The notes beneath the pieces were generated by a model, which had not been told where the DNA came from, searched no databases, and saw only the letters and a program-made list of their open reading frames with translations. The translations under genes and the position numbers were made by a program. Shown here in pieces: positions 1 to 10,932 of a stretch of DNA of 64,000 bases. Position 1 is the first letter of the stretch; every line of letters begins with the position of its first letter. Origin of the DNA: Escherichia phage p000v; sequence record NC_055781.1; one strand, 5' to 3'.

Positions 1-1044
1 ACGTTCGGAATATGTCGGAGATAACGGGTCTGAATCAATAGGGGCATTACTAGTTTTAATAAAACGAACTTTATCTCGAGCAGCAACATATACATAATCG
101 TCATTGCAAACGATAGCTTCTGCAATACGTGATACGTTAGCAGGTAATGATGCGTAGTTACCAAATATTTCTACATCAAATCCTAAATTTAGTTGGTCAC
201 CAATTTTAGCAAATGTTATATCTTGAGAACTAAATCTCACATCATCAGCAGACCAACGAACGTCAGATGATTTACGGCCGTAAAATAATTTATCATACCC
301 AAGAACATACGTGGTGTAATCTGTCTGGTAATACACTGTTCTTGATACAGGGTACCCTACACGGTCATTAAACAATTTAACCGATTTCCAGGTTTGTCCC
401 TTATCATTAGAGACTTTAACCACAGGCTGATACCGTTCAAACAAATAAAGAATTCCTTCAGATTCCATCAAATAAACACGGTTTATATCATGACACACCT
501 GTTGAATCGAACCTTGAATTTCATGATACTCATTTTCGCCAATAATGAAATTTTTAATAGATGAAATATCCGCATAAGCAGGGCTAAATTGGAACGATTC
601 ATTCATTAGAGCTGCCATTATAGTGTCGTTATTAAAATCGACATAAGCCATGTTGTTATTTGTAAATTTTTCTCTAATAAAAGTGTTAGCCAATTGCATT
701 TCAATCATATGTTGAAATGTATACGCGTTAGTCTGAAATGATTCAAATATTTCGGTATATACCCAATCGGATCTCTCGAAGCCTTCGGCGGCAGTTGATA
801 CACGAATAATATAAGAAGTTAATGGGTCTAAGCTACTTTCGAACCAGTTGCTATTAGGAGTATATCCTAAATTTATCCATCTGTAGCTGGCAGGGGGAAT
901 TATTTCCCCGTCTTCCGTTTTAGTCTCAGCGATTTCTACGAAATAGTAGAAATTAGCACCAACGTCATCCCAGCGTATTTGAACTTGGTTAGCGGACAAC
1001 TTGGATATTCTGAGACTTGTGACTGCTGGCGCTTTTACTGTCAT
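1..1044 (-). CDS. 7: baseplate wedge protein gp7, N-terminal portion (3' part of gene lies beyond window start)
   Basis: Reverse-strand ATG at 1044 overlaps gp6 stop (ATGA); translation begins MTVKAPAVTSLRIS, matching T4 gp7 N-terminus as recalled; frame open to position 1. Confidence 0.8.
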   Translation of the reverse strand, partial: MTVKAPAVTSLRISKLSANQVQIRWDDVGANFYYFVEIAETKTEDGEIIPPASYRWINLGYTPNSNWFESSLDPLTSYIIRVSTAAEGFERSDWVYTEIFESFQTNAYTFQHMIEMQLANTFIREKFTNNNMAYVDFNNDTIMAALMNESFQFSPAYADISSIKNFIIGENEYHEIQGSIQQVCHDINRVYLMESEGILYLFERYQPVVKVSNDKGQTWKSVKLFNDRVGYPVSRTVYYQTDYTTYVLGYDKLFYGRKSSDVRWSADDVRFSSQDITFAKIGDQLNLGFDVEIFGNYASLPANVSRIAEAIVCNDDYVYVAARDKVRFIKTSNAPIDSDPLSPTYSER

Positions 1045-3014
1045 TGTGAAATAGGCTCCAAATCTATAGTTAAGTACTGAGGACGTAAGTCATTTTCAAA
1101 TACGATTAAAGAACCATCCTTTGTAAAAATAATATCATCTGCAGGGTCGGAATAAAGTTCAATTGTTTGAACTTCAAAACGGTCTGAAGTGAGGTCAATT
1201 TTAGCAATGTTCCAATAAATCGAATCGGCAGGATAATTCACTTCACCAATTGAATAGTATTTGTTTCGTCCGTCAGTAACAGCAAGTTTATTAAAATCAT
1301 TACCTGTATAAGGTTGTATATTTTCGTTTTCAACAACATCGCCGTCTGCAAATGGGCCAATAATAACTTGACCTATGCCACGGTCATTACGGTCAGAAGA
1401 TACTATGCGAACACCGTATTTAATAGTTTCGTTTGCATTTTCTGGATTAGGTCTGTGCGAATCAAACGAGAATATATTAGATTCCATCGATCTATCTTTA
1501 ATCTGATTATTGTATTTAATACCGGCCTCAGGCGTTTTATAAAAGTTCTGTACTTCGCGAACCATTTGAATAGTAGCCGAAGAACCAATAATAGAAATAT
1601 CTGCATCATCGACATAAGTTAGCATTTTAGATTTTGCAAACGATGAGTTAAAAATTTCTACATCTTCAATATAATATCGGTCAATTTTATTAATAATCTG
1701 TCCTTCAAGGTATTGCTCTGATTCTTGAAGTTTATTCAACGCGTATGTAACTTTGATATTCATTTTGATAAACAAATAATCAGGCGAAATAACAACAGGT
1801 GTAATAGTCCCTAAGTTATAATCATTTAAATAGTTTTTGATGTCGTCGCGTTGAACAGAAGTCAAATACAATCCAGATTTAGGCTTAGCAGCAATATATG
1901 CGTACCCGGGTTTAGACGAATCTGTGAATGTTTGAACTGCTTGAATAATAGAACCAAACCGCTCAGAGACGAATGTGTCATAGTCGGAAGCGGTTACACA
2001 ACGTTGTTGAGTTTCACGTTTAATTGTGCCTAATTCTCGAATACGTTCAATATCTTCAGGGTCACCGCCACCATCAGCCCCGACAAAGTCTGGGTTATTG
2101 CTAGGGTTCTCGTTAATATCGATTACAGTGATATTAGCTAATGTATCAGCATAAGAAAATCCTACAGCACCGTTAGCATCTGCGCCATTAGTAGAAATAT
2201 ACTCAATTACGATTTTAGAACCCTGAACAGGCTTAAGGCCACCAATATAGTTGGATGTTAACGCGCCTTCTGATGTGTTAATAGAGATTTCGCCTTCACC
2301 AAAATAAAATTCGGTGTTCCCATCAACAGTTTCACGCATATAATAGATTGTTGACGTAGAACCAGCGTGAACCATCGACTTACGAGTCCAGTTAATCCAT
2401 TCTGCTCCGTCAACATACAACTTAACCAAATTACGGTCAATATTCTTATCACGAATAATGATAGGTTTTAATTTATCAAATGTTAATTCAGTGCGAACAA
2501 TACGACCCTGAGCTAATCGAAGACGTGGGAAATATTGATTATTTTTGTCTTTAACTACAATGACATCTTCAGTAGAAACAAAGTTATACGGGTTAACAGA
2601 AGTATCTTTAGCATATGCTAAGAAACGAGTGCCACGTGGAATGGTGATATAGTTTCTATTTAATGCATCTGTACATGTGAGCATAATTTCTGTTTGTGCC
2701 GCTGATTTAGATGAAGGCAGATATCCGTTATCTTGAGCCGCTTGTACAACAGAGCTACGCAAGTTTGCAGTGCGCATAAAACTTTCATACACTGCGCTAT
2801 TACTAAACTGTTGGATGTAAAGAGTGTTATATGCTAAAAGGTCGCACAATACGTTTAAGCGTGAACCTTCAAAATCATAATCAAGAAATTCATTCTGTCC
2901 ATGGAGCCATTCGATAATGTTTTGTTTGATTTCGGCAAATGTGCCCCCGATAAAAATCTCGGGAATAGCATTCGCTGTTCGGGTTAATTGATAATTTACA
3001 GGAGTGTTTGCCAT
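1041..3014 (-). CDS. 6: baseplate wedge protein gp6
   Basis: 657 aa; start set at MANTPVNYQLTRTANAIPE (ATG 3014, AGGA SD upstream) rather than longer track ORF; similarity to T4 gp6 along whole length. Confidence 0.92.
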   Translation of the reverse strand: MANTPVNYQLTRTANAIPEIFIGGTFAEIKQNIIEWLHGQNEFLDYDFEGSRLNVLCDLLAYNTLYIQQFSNSAVYESFMRTANLRSSVVQAAQDNGYLPSSKSAAQTEIMLTCTDALNRNYITIPRGTRFLAYAKDTSVNPYNFVSTEDVIVVKDKNNQYFPRLRLAQGRIVRTELTFDKLKPIIIRDKNIDRNLVKLYVDGAEWINWTRKSMVHAGSTSTIYYMRETVDGNTEFYFGEGEISINTSEGALTSNYIGGLKPVQGSKIVIEYISTNGADANGAVGFSYADTLANITVIDINENPSNNPDFVGADGGGDPEDIERIRELGTIKRETQQRCVTASDYDTFVSERFGSIIQAVQTFTDSSKPGYAYIAAKPKSGLYLTSVQRDDIKNYLNDYNLGTITPVVISPDYLFIKMNIKVTYALNKLQESEQYLEGQIINKIDRYYIEDVEIFNSSFAKSKMLTYVDDADISIIGSSATIQMVREVQNFYKTPEAGIKYNNQIKDRSMESNIFSFDSHRPNPENANETIKYGVRIVSSDRNDRGIGQVIIGPFADGDVVENENIQPYTGNDFNKLAVTDGRNKYYSIGEVNYPADSIYWNIAKIDLTSDRFEVQTIELYSDPADDIIFTKDGSLIVFENDLRPQYLTIDLEPISQ

Positions 3015-3022
3015 TTTAATTC

Positions 3023-3316
3023 CTATTTGATAAAGACTTTTGACGAGGCCTGAGAAACAGTATCCCCGCATGAAATTGGGTCAGCCATTTGAACGGCCTT
3101 TTTACCGGTGACGTATACTTTAGATGTACGAGGTTCAGTAACACCTCCATGAGTCTCGTATGGTTTTTTAATTTCTGTATGAGGTGTTATTTGGTCTCCT
3201 GCTACAAGAACAGGAATACCGCCGGTGAACACTTTAGATTGGGAAGCATTTATTACAGTAGGAGGCCATGCTTCATGACCTGTTGTAACGCACTTGTCGT
3301 AACTTAAGCCAGACAT
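3023..3316 (-). CDS. 5.4: PAAR-repeat spike-tip protein gp5.4
   Basis: 97 aa from [19 protein letters not shown]; matches T4 gp5.4 as recalled; track ORF N-terminal extension rejected. Confidence 0.85.
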   Translation of the reverse strand: MSGLSYDKCVTTGHEAWPPTVINASQSKVFTGGIPVLVAGDQITPHTEIKKPYETHGGVTEPRTSKVYVTGKKAVQMADPISCGDTVSQASSKVFIK

Positions 3317-3318
3317 TT

Positions 3319-3834
3319 TTATGGCCTCGCATAAACATAGTTTCGTAATTGTTGAGCCCATTTGCTCCAATTTCCTACTATAGTTTTTGTATAAACCTTA
3401 GTAAGAGTTTTTTGTACTGGAGCCGGTGGAGGTTCTGTACCAGAGTCACTTCTAGAGCCGCCTGATGAACTTTCTTCTTGGTAGTTATAAATCATTTCAA
3501 CCGTATAACTAAACACTTTACGAAGATTCTGAGGAGCTCTCCACAAATATAACTGTGTGGATTCATCTTTTGGTAAATCATCCCATGAAGATGCAGTTTT
3601 AAAATCATCATTTAATCGATATTTCAATGCATCCGAAGAAAAGCTAAACACACTTTCATATGTTCCATATAAATGATTACCATCAACAGTAATGCCTTGT
3701 GTCGGTTCATAATCTATTATATTTATTGACACTAAAGTTTCGGACGTTTCTAACTGTGGAGTAAAAAGGACGTCAATAGACGCCCCTTCCATGTCTTCTC
3801 CTAAGTCGGTATTTAAAGGAAGTATTTGTGCCAT
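3319..3834 (-). CDS. conserved protein between genes 5 and 5.4 (gp5.1-like)
   Basis: 171-aa ORF tightly packed between gp5 and gp5.4 on same strand; no motif recognised. Confidence 0.6.
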   Translation of the reverse strand: MAQILPLNTDLGEDMEGASIDVLFTPQLETSETLVSINIIDYEPTQGITVDGNHLYGTYESVFSFSSDALKYRLNDDFKTASSWDDLPKDESTQLYLWRAPQNLRKVFSYTVEMIYNYQEESSSGGSRSDSGTEPPPAPVQKTLTKVYTKTIVGNWSKWAQQLRNYVYARP

Positions 3835-3837
3835 ATA

Positions 3838-5571
3838 TTACCCAATATCAATACGAGATCCGTCAACAGTGTATTGTCCTGAAGCTACTGAGCTCATTGT
3901 AGACATCGTTTCTGCCCAATCCCCGGCAACAGTCATATCAACATTACCATTAACAGTCCATTTAACGTTTCCGTTGACGGTGTAATCATGATTCCCTTCG
4001 ACCTGAGTTTTAGCATCACCTTTAACAAGAATATCTGCATTTCCGTCAACAACTATTTTGATATTACCCTTAACGTAAAGAGTTCCATCGCCTTCAACAG
4101 TTTTAGTTTGGTTACCACGAATAAAGATTGTGTCATTGCCGTCTATTTGATGGAGGCGATCTGCCATGTTATAATATATTTCATTAGCACCAACGTTAAC
4201 AAGCTTATCACCAGAAATCAAGAAGTTCCCATCGCCATTAGTGATGTCAAAAAGGTCTTCTACAGTTTTACGAGTACGACGCCCGGATGGAGAAACTTCC
4301 TCATATGACCCTGTTGGATGAACTAAGCGATAACGTTCATTACCTGGAGTGTCATCAAATTCTTGGATATGACCACTTTCTGTTTCCATAGCATGAACAT
4401 ATGGATACTCACCACGATAACTTGATTCCGGTTCTTTAAAAAGGATGCGTGAATCTAATGGAACAGGAGGACCGGCCGGGTCTTCTGAATCGGTATTTCT
4501 AGTAACTAAATCGGCACCAACTCCTGGTGAAGGTGGTGTTTTAACAGGAACACCGTACGATTCCATGTTACCAGTTAAAATAATTGTTGTTACGCGTGAA
4601 GCACGTCCTTTAGTCTGTTGGAACCATAATGAATCACGCCCGGATTTGTATGCAGTTTTCCAATCACCTGTGGCCATTGCTTTAAGCATAGTATTGAATT
4701 TTGCTACGCCACCAACGCCCATTTGGAAGCACATGTTTTCTAATGCCATTTGACGAGACCTGTTCATTTTAGCATAAACAGGACCTACTTTGGAATTAGA
4801 ACGAATGTCTTTCTGCATCTTAGCAAGGTCTTTCTCAAATAACGCTGTTGCTTCTTCTAATGTAATAGTTCCCGGATTTCCTGTTACTTCACGCCCTACT
4901 TGATCGGATAACAATTTATTAATTCGAGACATATCTCGGGTCTTTTCCATTACGATAAGGTGTCCAATACCTACTGTAGGATATCCGAGATGGTCCCAAT
5001 ACACTTTATCACGAAGTCCTTCGTCACGACGTAACATTTCCGTTATTGTAAAATTAGGGTCATCATCTTCTGGAATATTTGCTAAATCTGTATCGTCTGG
5101 GTTTATACCATAATCCAAGTTGTTATCTTGAATTACGTTAGAGTTTGAATAATAACCGGCTTCACCACCTTGGTTTAATACGTTAGTATCATTACCTAAA
5201 CGTCGTGGATATTGGCCTGTCGGGTCTGAAAAACCTTCAAGTCTATTAGGCTTTTCACGTACGATTCCGCCGTATGTACCAAGTACAATCCCGTTTGTTT
5301 TCCATTTGTCTAAGAAATGACCATATACTCGAGTTCCTTCAACAGGACCTGTAACAGAACCACCAATACCTGACATTGATGCGGACGTAATAGGTTGAAT
5401 AACAGTCATCCATGGAAGTTTTTCTGTAGGAATACCTTGCACATCACCTTGTGCTCTCTGTGCTGGATGAAGACCAACGACTCGAACTCGAACTCGCCCT
5501 TGTTTTAATGGGTCCATTCTGTCCTCGACAACACCCACGAACCAATTAAGGCTACTGCTAATCATTTCCAT
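3838..5571 (-). CDS. 5: baseplate hub / cell-puncturing protein gp5 with lysozyme domain
   Basis: 577 aa; T4-lysozyme-like segment (GIGHL...WFQQTKGRASRVTTIILTG) and C-terminal beta-helix repeats (VxGNxxxTV). Confidence 0.93.
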   Translation of the reverse strand: MEMISSSLNWFVGVVEDRMDPLKQGRVRVRVVGLHPAQRAQGDVQGIPTEKLPWMTVIQPITSASMSGIGGSVTGPVEGTRVYGHFLDKWKTNGIVLGTYGGIVREKPNRLEGFSDPTGQYPRRLGNDTNVLNQGGEAGYYSNSNVIQDNNLDYGINPDDTDLANIPEDDDPNFTITEMLRRDEGLRDKVYWDHLGYPTVGIGHLIVMEKTRDMSRINKLLSDQVGREVTGNPGTITLEEATALFEKDLAKMQKDIRSNSKVGPVYAKMNRSRQMALENMCFQMGVGGVAKFNTMLKAMATGDWKTAYKSGRDSLWFQQTKGRASRVTTIILTGNMESYGVPVKTPPSPGVGADLVTRNTDSEDPAGPPVPLDSRILFKEPESSYRGEYPYVHAMETESGHIQEFDDTPGNERYRLVHPTGSYEEVSPSGRRTRKTVEDLFDITNGDGNFLISGDKLVNVGANEIYYNMADRLHQIDGNDTIFIRGNQTKTVEGDGTLYVKGNIKIVVDGNADILVKGDAKTQVEGNHDYTVNGNVKWTVNGNVDMTVAGDWAETMSTMSSVASGQYTVDGSRIDIG

Positions 5572-6146
5572 TATGCAATCTCCATCTCACGAATCAAATC
5601 AGTAATAAACGAGTTTATATCTTCTTTTGCAACAATTTTTATTTTACGAAGTTTTTCATTATCTAATACTGCCGCTTCATAAGTATCTACTGCAGCTAAA
5701 GGTCCTTTATATTGCGGATACTTACGAGCTTCGTCACCTTTGTCATACCACACTAAAGGCTCATCCGGATATGAAACTAAATTGTAAAATTTCTCACGGT
5801 TCTCGTTAATATGGTAAAGAATTTGGTCTCCGCCAGCATTTGCATATTTCTGAATAGACGCTTGATACGCTGCTTCCTGAGATGTAATCCAACCATAATA
5901 TGGGTCATAGTTATCATTGCACATCAAAAGGACCCAGTATAATTGAGGGTTGCCATAAATTATGTTTGCTAGTTCTTCAGGACGCGGAGAGCCTTTAATA
6001 TAATAAGAACGTAATCTATAATTAGCAGCAACACGCTTAAAGTACTCTTTATAGTTACGAAATATGTCTGTCATAGGAATAGTAGGTGCATTCTTATCAA
6101 CTGTTTTAGCACTATATCCTATTGGGTCGAAGAATGTAAATAACAA
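5571..6146 (-). CDS. 53: baseplate wedge protein gp53
   Basis: 191 aa MLFTFFDPIGY...; first codon is TTG preceded by AGGAGA SD; 1-nt overlap with gp5 start. Confidence 0.85.
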   Translation of the reverse strand: MLFTFFDPIGYSAKTVDKNAPTIPMTDIFRNYKEYFKRVAANYRLRSYYIKGSPRPEELANIIYGNPQLYWVLLMCNDNYDPYYGWITSQEAAYQASIQKYANAGGDQILYHINENREKFYNLVSYPDEPLVWYDKGDEARKYPQYKGPLAAVDTYEAAVLDNEKLRKIKIVAKEDINSFITDLIREMEIA

Positions 6147-6173
6147 AATAGTCTCCTTCCAATATGAAATTGG

Positions 6174-6181
6174 TATAAATA
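6174..6181 (+). promoter_or_regulatory. T4-type late promoter TATAAATA, upstream of gene 4
   Basis: Exact TATAAATA about 27 nt upstream of gp4 ATG. Confidence 0.6.
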
Positions 6182-6188
6182 ATAATAC

Positions 6189-6196
6189 TATTTATA
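6189..6196 (-). promoter_or_regulatory. T4-type late promoter TATAAATA (reverse strand), upstream of gene 53
   Basis: Plus-strand TATTTATA is reverse complement of TATAAATA, about 43 nt upstream of gp53 start; divergent with the gene 4 promoter. Confidence 0.55.
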
Positions 6197-6207
6197 AGGA
6201 GGACAAC

Positions 6208-6657
6208 ATGGCCTACTCTGGTAAATGGGTCCCAAAAAATTTAAAAAAATACCGTGGAGACCATACCAAAATAACGTATCGTTCAAACTGGGAAAAATTC
6301 TTTTTCGAATGGTTAGATAAAAATCCAGAAATTATTGCATGGGGCAGCGAAACGGCAGTAATTCCATATTTCTGTAACGCAGAAGGTAAAAAACGTCGAT
6401 ACTTTATGGATATATGGATGAAAGATGCATCAGGTCAAGAGTTCTTTGTAGAAATAAAACCAAAGAAAGAAACTCAACCACCTATTAAGCCTGCAAATCT
6501 TACGACCGCAGCAAAGAAACGTTATATGAATGAAATCTACGTGTGGTCTGTGAACTGCGACAAATGGAAAGCTGCGTCAGCATTAGCGGCTAAAAGAAAT
6601 ATTAAATTCAGAATTCTCACAGAAGACGGTTTACGTCGTTTAGGATATAAGGGATGA
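6208..6657 (+). CDS. 4: head completion protein gp4
   Basis: 149 aa from MAYSGKWVPKNLKKYRGD with GGAGGA SD; matches T4 gp4 as recalled; track N-terminal extension rejected. Confidence 0.85.
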   Translation: MAYSGKWVPKNLKKYRGDHTKITYRSNWEKFFFEWLDKNPEIIAWGSETAVIPYFCNAEGKKRRYFMDIWMKDASGQEFFVEIKPKKETQPPIKPANLTTAAKKRYMNEIYVWSVNCDKWKAASALAAKRNIKFRILTEDGLRRLGYKG

Positions 6658-6658
6658 T

Positions 6659-7309
6659 ATGTATACTGTATATAAAATAACTAACATCGTAAATAATAAA
6701 ATTTATATAGGTGTTCATAAAACTAATAACCCGGATGATTCTTATAAAGGAACAGGTAAAATTATCTTAAAAGCCCATGCTAAATACGGATTAGATAATT
6801 TTGTAAAAGAAGTATTATATGTGTATGATACCGGTGACGAATTACTAAATGAAGAAATGGCTTTCCAAAAGGAAGCAGAATTAGTTGATCAATCTTTTGT
6901 GGATAGAGAAGATACATATAATATAGACCTAGGAGGAAAGGGAGGACGAGGCCGTTCTATTGATGTGCGAAAAAGAATAGGCGATTCATCCAGAGGTAGA
7001 AAATTAGGTCCTATTTCCGAAGAATCTAAAAAGAAAATGAGTTTAGCTAAGAAGGGTAAGAAATTATCCGAAGAGCATAAAGCTAAAATAGGTAAAGCAG
7101 GCCGAGGCAGGATAATGCCTAAAGAGATTAGAGACAAAATAAAAAATACTCTTACGGGACGAAATAGAACTCCTGAAGAAAAGGAAAACATGAGATTAGG
7201 ATACTTAAATACTCCTAATAAGATATGCCAATACTGCGGTATAGAATGTAAACCTGCGCCTTATAAACGTTGGCATGGTGATAATTGTAAAATGAGGAAA
7301 GTTGAATGA
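6659..7309 (+). CDS. GIY-YIG homing endonuclease (Seg-like)
   Basis: N-terminal [23 protein letters not shown] motif; basic C-terminal DNA-binding region; inserted between genes 4 and 2 with ATGA overlap onto gene 2. Confidence 0.85.
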   Translation: MYTVYKITNIVNNKIYIGVHKTNNPDDSYKGTGKIILKAHAKYGLDNFVKEVLYVYDTGDELLNEEMAFQKEAELVDQSFVDREDTYNIDLGGKGGRGRSIDVRKRIGDSSRGRKLGPISEESKKKMSLAKKGKKLSEEHKAKIGKAGRGRIMPKEIRDKIKNTLTGRNRTPEEKENMRLGYLNTPNKICQYCGIECKPAPYKRWHGDNCKMRKVE

Positions 7310-8127
7310 GCATATTCCAAATTATATCTGAAGGCGTACAAGCCCCTAAGATTGCTCAGTCTATTAACGAAAGAAAATGGATTAAGGTGGGATTAGAGTA
7401 CAAGAAAGCTAAAGAGAAAGGAATCACTGCAAAAGCATTTGCAGAATCAAAAGGAATAAAATACTCGACGTTTAAGTCTGCAATGTCTAAATATGCATCG
7501 GCTATTAAAACTGAACAGAAAATTGAAACACTTGAATCTAAACCTAAAAATAAACTCAATAAGCAAGAACGTCAACTTCTGATGATAAACTCGTTTCGCA
7601 GTTCAATACGAGAAAAGATTAGAAATGAAGGCGCAGCAGTAAACAACAAATCATCTAAGTGGTTTGTTGAAACAATTAAGAAAAGTGTAAAAGGTCATAA
7701 AGTAGTCAAGCCTACGCCAGGCAAAATTTATACTTACGTGTATGATGCTAAACATAAAGATACTCTGCCATACTGGGACAGATATCCTTTGATTATTTAT
7801 TTAGGATTAGGTAAACATAATTTGTTGTATGGGTTAAACTTGCACTATATCCCACCTAAAGCACGACAACAGTTTCTTGAAGAATTGCTGAAGCAATATG
7901 CTAGCACAACTACTATTACTAATAACACAAAGTTGAAGATAGACTGGAGCAAGGTGAAAGGATTTCAAGGTGCTGACAAAATGATTAAAGCATACCTGCC
8001 AGGCCACATTAGAGGAACAATAACAGAAATCGCTCCTAAAGACTGGGCTAACATAATCATGTTACCTACTCAGCAGTTTATGTCAAAAGGAAAACGTTTC
8101 TCTGCGAATACTGTTTGGAAATCTTAA
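7306..8127 (+). CDS. 2: DNA end protector protein gp2
   Basis: 273 aa; size and position (between 4 and 3) as in T4; basic protein. Confidence 0.75.
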   Translation: MSIFQIISEGVQAPKIAQSINERKWIKVGLEYKKAKEKGITAKAFAESKGIKYSTFKSAMSKYASAIKTEQKIETLESKPKNKLNKQERQLLMINSFRSSIREKIRNEGAAVNNKSSKWFVETIKKSVKGHKVVKPTPGKIYTYVYDAKHKDTLPYWDRYPLIIYLGLGKHNLLYGLNLHYIPPKARQQFLEELLKQYASTTTITNNTKLKIDWSKVKGFQGADKMIKAYLPGHIRGTITEIAPKDWANIIMLPTQQFMSKGKRFSANTVWKS

Positions 8128-8229
8128 TTCTATTCTCTTCCGTTCTTCTGATATTCTGTTGAACCAGATTAATGGAAGAGACCTAAAACCATTATACTGC
8201 ATTTTTATTAAAGCGTTTTTGAGGTGCTT

Positions 8230-8814
8230 ATGACTCGTCCAACGAGACAGATTTTTAACCAAACAAATATAACAAACTTTGTTGTGGATATCCCGGATAG
8301 TACACGAACTTCAGGTTTTGTGCTCAATGCCCAAACGGCACCATTGCCAGGTGTGAGAATTCCTGTTGTTGAAACTGTGACAGGCACAATGGGGTTAGGA
8401 CGTGCAATGCGTGCAGGCACCACATTTGAATACGACCCTTTTGTTGTACGATTTATAGTTGATGAAGACATGACGTCCTGGATGAACATGTATAAATGGA
8501 TGCTCAGCACTAATAACTATATAACCGGACATAATACAGCCCACTCCGATGGTCCTGAGTTTGTTACTTTGCACATTTTAAATAACAATAAGACAGAAGT
8601 AGTTTTGACGGCAAATTTCTATAAACCATGGATTTCTGATTTGAGTGAAATTGAATTTAGTTACACTGAAGACTCTGACCCTGCCGTTACGTGCGTAGCA
8701 ACTATTCACTATGCGTATATGACGATAGAAAAGGATGGTGAAGTCATTGTATCTCAACAACCGCGTCAAGCGGTCGAATCTAAATCCATTTCTAGACACC
8801 CTTCCTTGCGTTAA
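8230..8814 (+). CDS. 3: tail completion and sheath stabilizer protein gp3
   Basis: ATG 8230 with GAGG SD; position between genes 2 and 1 as in T4. Confidence 0.7.
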   Translation: MTRPTRQIFNQTNITNFVVDIPDSTRTSGFVLNAQTAPLPGVRIPVVETVTGTMGLGRAMRAGTTFEYDPFVVRFIVDEDMTSWMNMYKWMLSTNNYITGHNTAHSDGPEFVTLHILNNNKTEVVLTANFYKPWISDLSEIEFSYTEDSDPAVTCVATIHYAYMTIEKDGEVIVSQQPRQAVESKSISRHPSLR

Positions 8815-8867
8815 TCGCTTCTAGCTCCGTATGTTATAATCACTTATAAATTATATGAGGAAAACCT

Positions 8868-9602
8868 ATGGAGCTAATCTTTTTAAGTGGCATCAAACGT
8901 AGTGGTAAAGACACTACTGCTGATTACATCAATTCAAACTTTAAATCCGTAAAATACCAATTAGCATATCCAATTAAAGACGCTCTAGCAATAGCCTGGG
9001 GACGTAGGCATGCTGAAAATCCTGATGTATTCACAGAGTTGAAATACGAATACTTTGAAGGCATTGGATACGACCGTGAAACACCATTAAATCTCAATAA
9101 GTTGGATGTTATTGAATTATTGGAAGAAGCGCTAATTTATTTGCAAAGTCAATATTTACCAATTAATAATGTTAAAGTATTATCATCGTTAGAAGGTGGA
9201 TATTCATATCTAGATATTAAACCATATGAAGCCCTGCGTGAAGCTATAAATAATATCAACGACACATGGTCAATCCGCCGTCTTATGCAAGCCCTCGGTA
9301 CGGATGTTGTCGTTAATTTATTTGACCGTATGTATTGGGTTAAGCTTTTTGCATTAAACTATATGGATTATATTGGAAGTGATTTCGATTACTATGTCGT
9401 AACCGATACACGCCAAGTCCATGAAATGGAAACCGCTAGAGCGATGGGTGCCACAGTTATTCATGTGGTTCGCTCTGGTACGGAATCCACCGATAAACAT
9501 ATTACAGAAGCTGGGTTGCCTATTGAAGAAGGTGATTTAGTTATTACAAACGACGGCTCTTTAGAAGAGCTTTATTCTAAAATTGAAACAATCTTAAGGT
9601 AA
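8868..9602 (+). CDS. 1: deoxynucleoside monophosphate kinase gp1
   Basis: 244 aa; MELIFLSGIKRSGKDTTADY P-loop and extended similarity to T4 gp1. Confidence 0.93.
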   Translation: MELIFLSGIKRSGKDTTADYINSNFKSVKYQLAYPIKDALAIAWGRRHAENPDVFTELKYEYFEGIGYDRETPLNLNKLDVIELLEEALIYLQSQYLPINNVKVLSSLEGGYSYLDIKPYEALREAINNINDTWSIRRLMQALGTDVVVNLFDRMYWVKLFALNYMDYIGSDFDYYVVTDTRQVHEMETARAMGATVIHVVRSGTESTDKHITEAGLPIEEGDLVITNDGSLEELYSKIETILR

Positions 9603-9606
9603 TAAA

Positions 9607-10292
<686 letters not shown>

Positions 10293-10304
10293 TTTCACAA
10301 AACA

Positions 10305-10340
10305 GTTTACATAAGGATGATGGTGTGTTACTATCATCCT
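10305..10340 (+). promoter_or_regulatory. early-type promoter (GTTTAC -35, TACTAT -10) with 8-bp inverted repeat AGGATGAT/ATCATCCT
   Basis: Sigma70-like spacing; inverted repeat brackets the -10; upstream of CTS protein gene. Confidence 0.6.
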
Positions 10341-10368
10341 ATCAAATAAACAACCTCAAGGAAATAAA

Positions 10369-10680
10369 ATGAAAACGTATCAAGAGTTTATCGCAGAAGC
10401 TACTAAAGCCGATAAAAATTTTATTATTAACACCACCGGTCCGTTAGATGATGAATACGCTAATGCTATTATTAAGTCAATTTCTAATCAAGGCGTTGAA
10501 GTAACAAATTTCGAATATAAGAAAAATGATACTTATATGGTAATTAGTATCAAAAAAGGTTCAAAGGCTAAAATTAAATCTGCATTTGGTGTTATGCGAG
10601 TCGACCAAATCGATAACCACGATTTTTCACAAACAGGGGTCAAACGCCAGAATACTATTTCATCTAAAGGCATAAAATAG
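10369..10680 (+). CDS. internal protein with capsid targeting sequence (IPI-locus protein)
   Basis: Starts MKTYQEFIAEA, the T4 internal-protein capsid-targeting leader; located next to 57B where T4 has ipI. Confidence 0.8.
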   Translation: MKTYQEFIAEATKADKNFIINTTGPLDDEYANAIIKSISNQGVEVTNFEYKKNDTYMVISIKKGSKAKIKSAFGVMRVDQIDNHDFSQTGVKRQNTISSKGIK

Positions 10681-10718
10681 TTTACATGCTGATAGGACTA
10701 TGTTATAGTAGTCCTATC
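10680..10718 (+). promoter_or_regulatory. early-type promoter with 10-bp inverted repeat GATAGGACTA/TAGTCCTATC around -10 (PeSL-like cassette)
   Basis: GTTTAC, 18-bp spacer, TATAGT; perfect inverted repeat flanks the -10. Confidence 0.6.
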
Positions 10719-10746
10719 AAAACAAATGAGTAAATGGAGAAATAAA

Positions 10747-10932
10747 ATGAAACGCGCTGAACTGATTCGTAATGTTGCTGTAGTAATTGCTTCAATGGCT
10801 TTTAGTTTTTCGATGTTTGTAGGATTCATTTGTGGACTACTGACAACAACTGAAAATTCTATCTCATTGGTAGTAGCATTTCTAATCGGCTTAATCGCTA
10901 TCGTTATGGATAAAATTGCAAAAGGTGAGTAA
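10747..10932 (+). CDS. small membrane protein
   Basis: Start set at second ATG (GGAGA SD); two hydrophobic helices. Confidence 0.55.
   Translation: MKRAELIRNVAVVIASMAFSFSMFVGFICGLLTTTENSISLVVAFLIGLIAIVMDKIAKGE

Noticed and set aside
1314-5809. Track ORFs on the plus strand, and short minus-strand ORFs, inside baseplate genes 6, 5 and 53 (e.g. 1314..1622, 1403..1615, 1851..2033, 2258..2452, 3089..3307, 3791..3985, 3988..4308, 4445..4753, 5627..5809)
   Set aside because: Each lies within a strongly supported gene in another frame or on the opposite strand; Cys/Phe/Leu-rich translations typical of out-of-frame reads
6064-6207. N-terminal extension of gene 4 from 6064
   Set aside because: Extension overlaps gene 53 and both late promoters; conserved gp4 sequence begins at MAYSGKW with a GGAGGA SD
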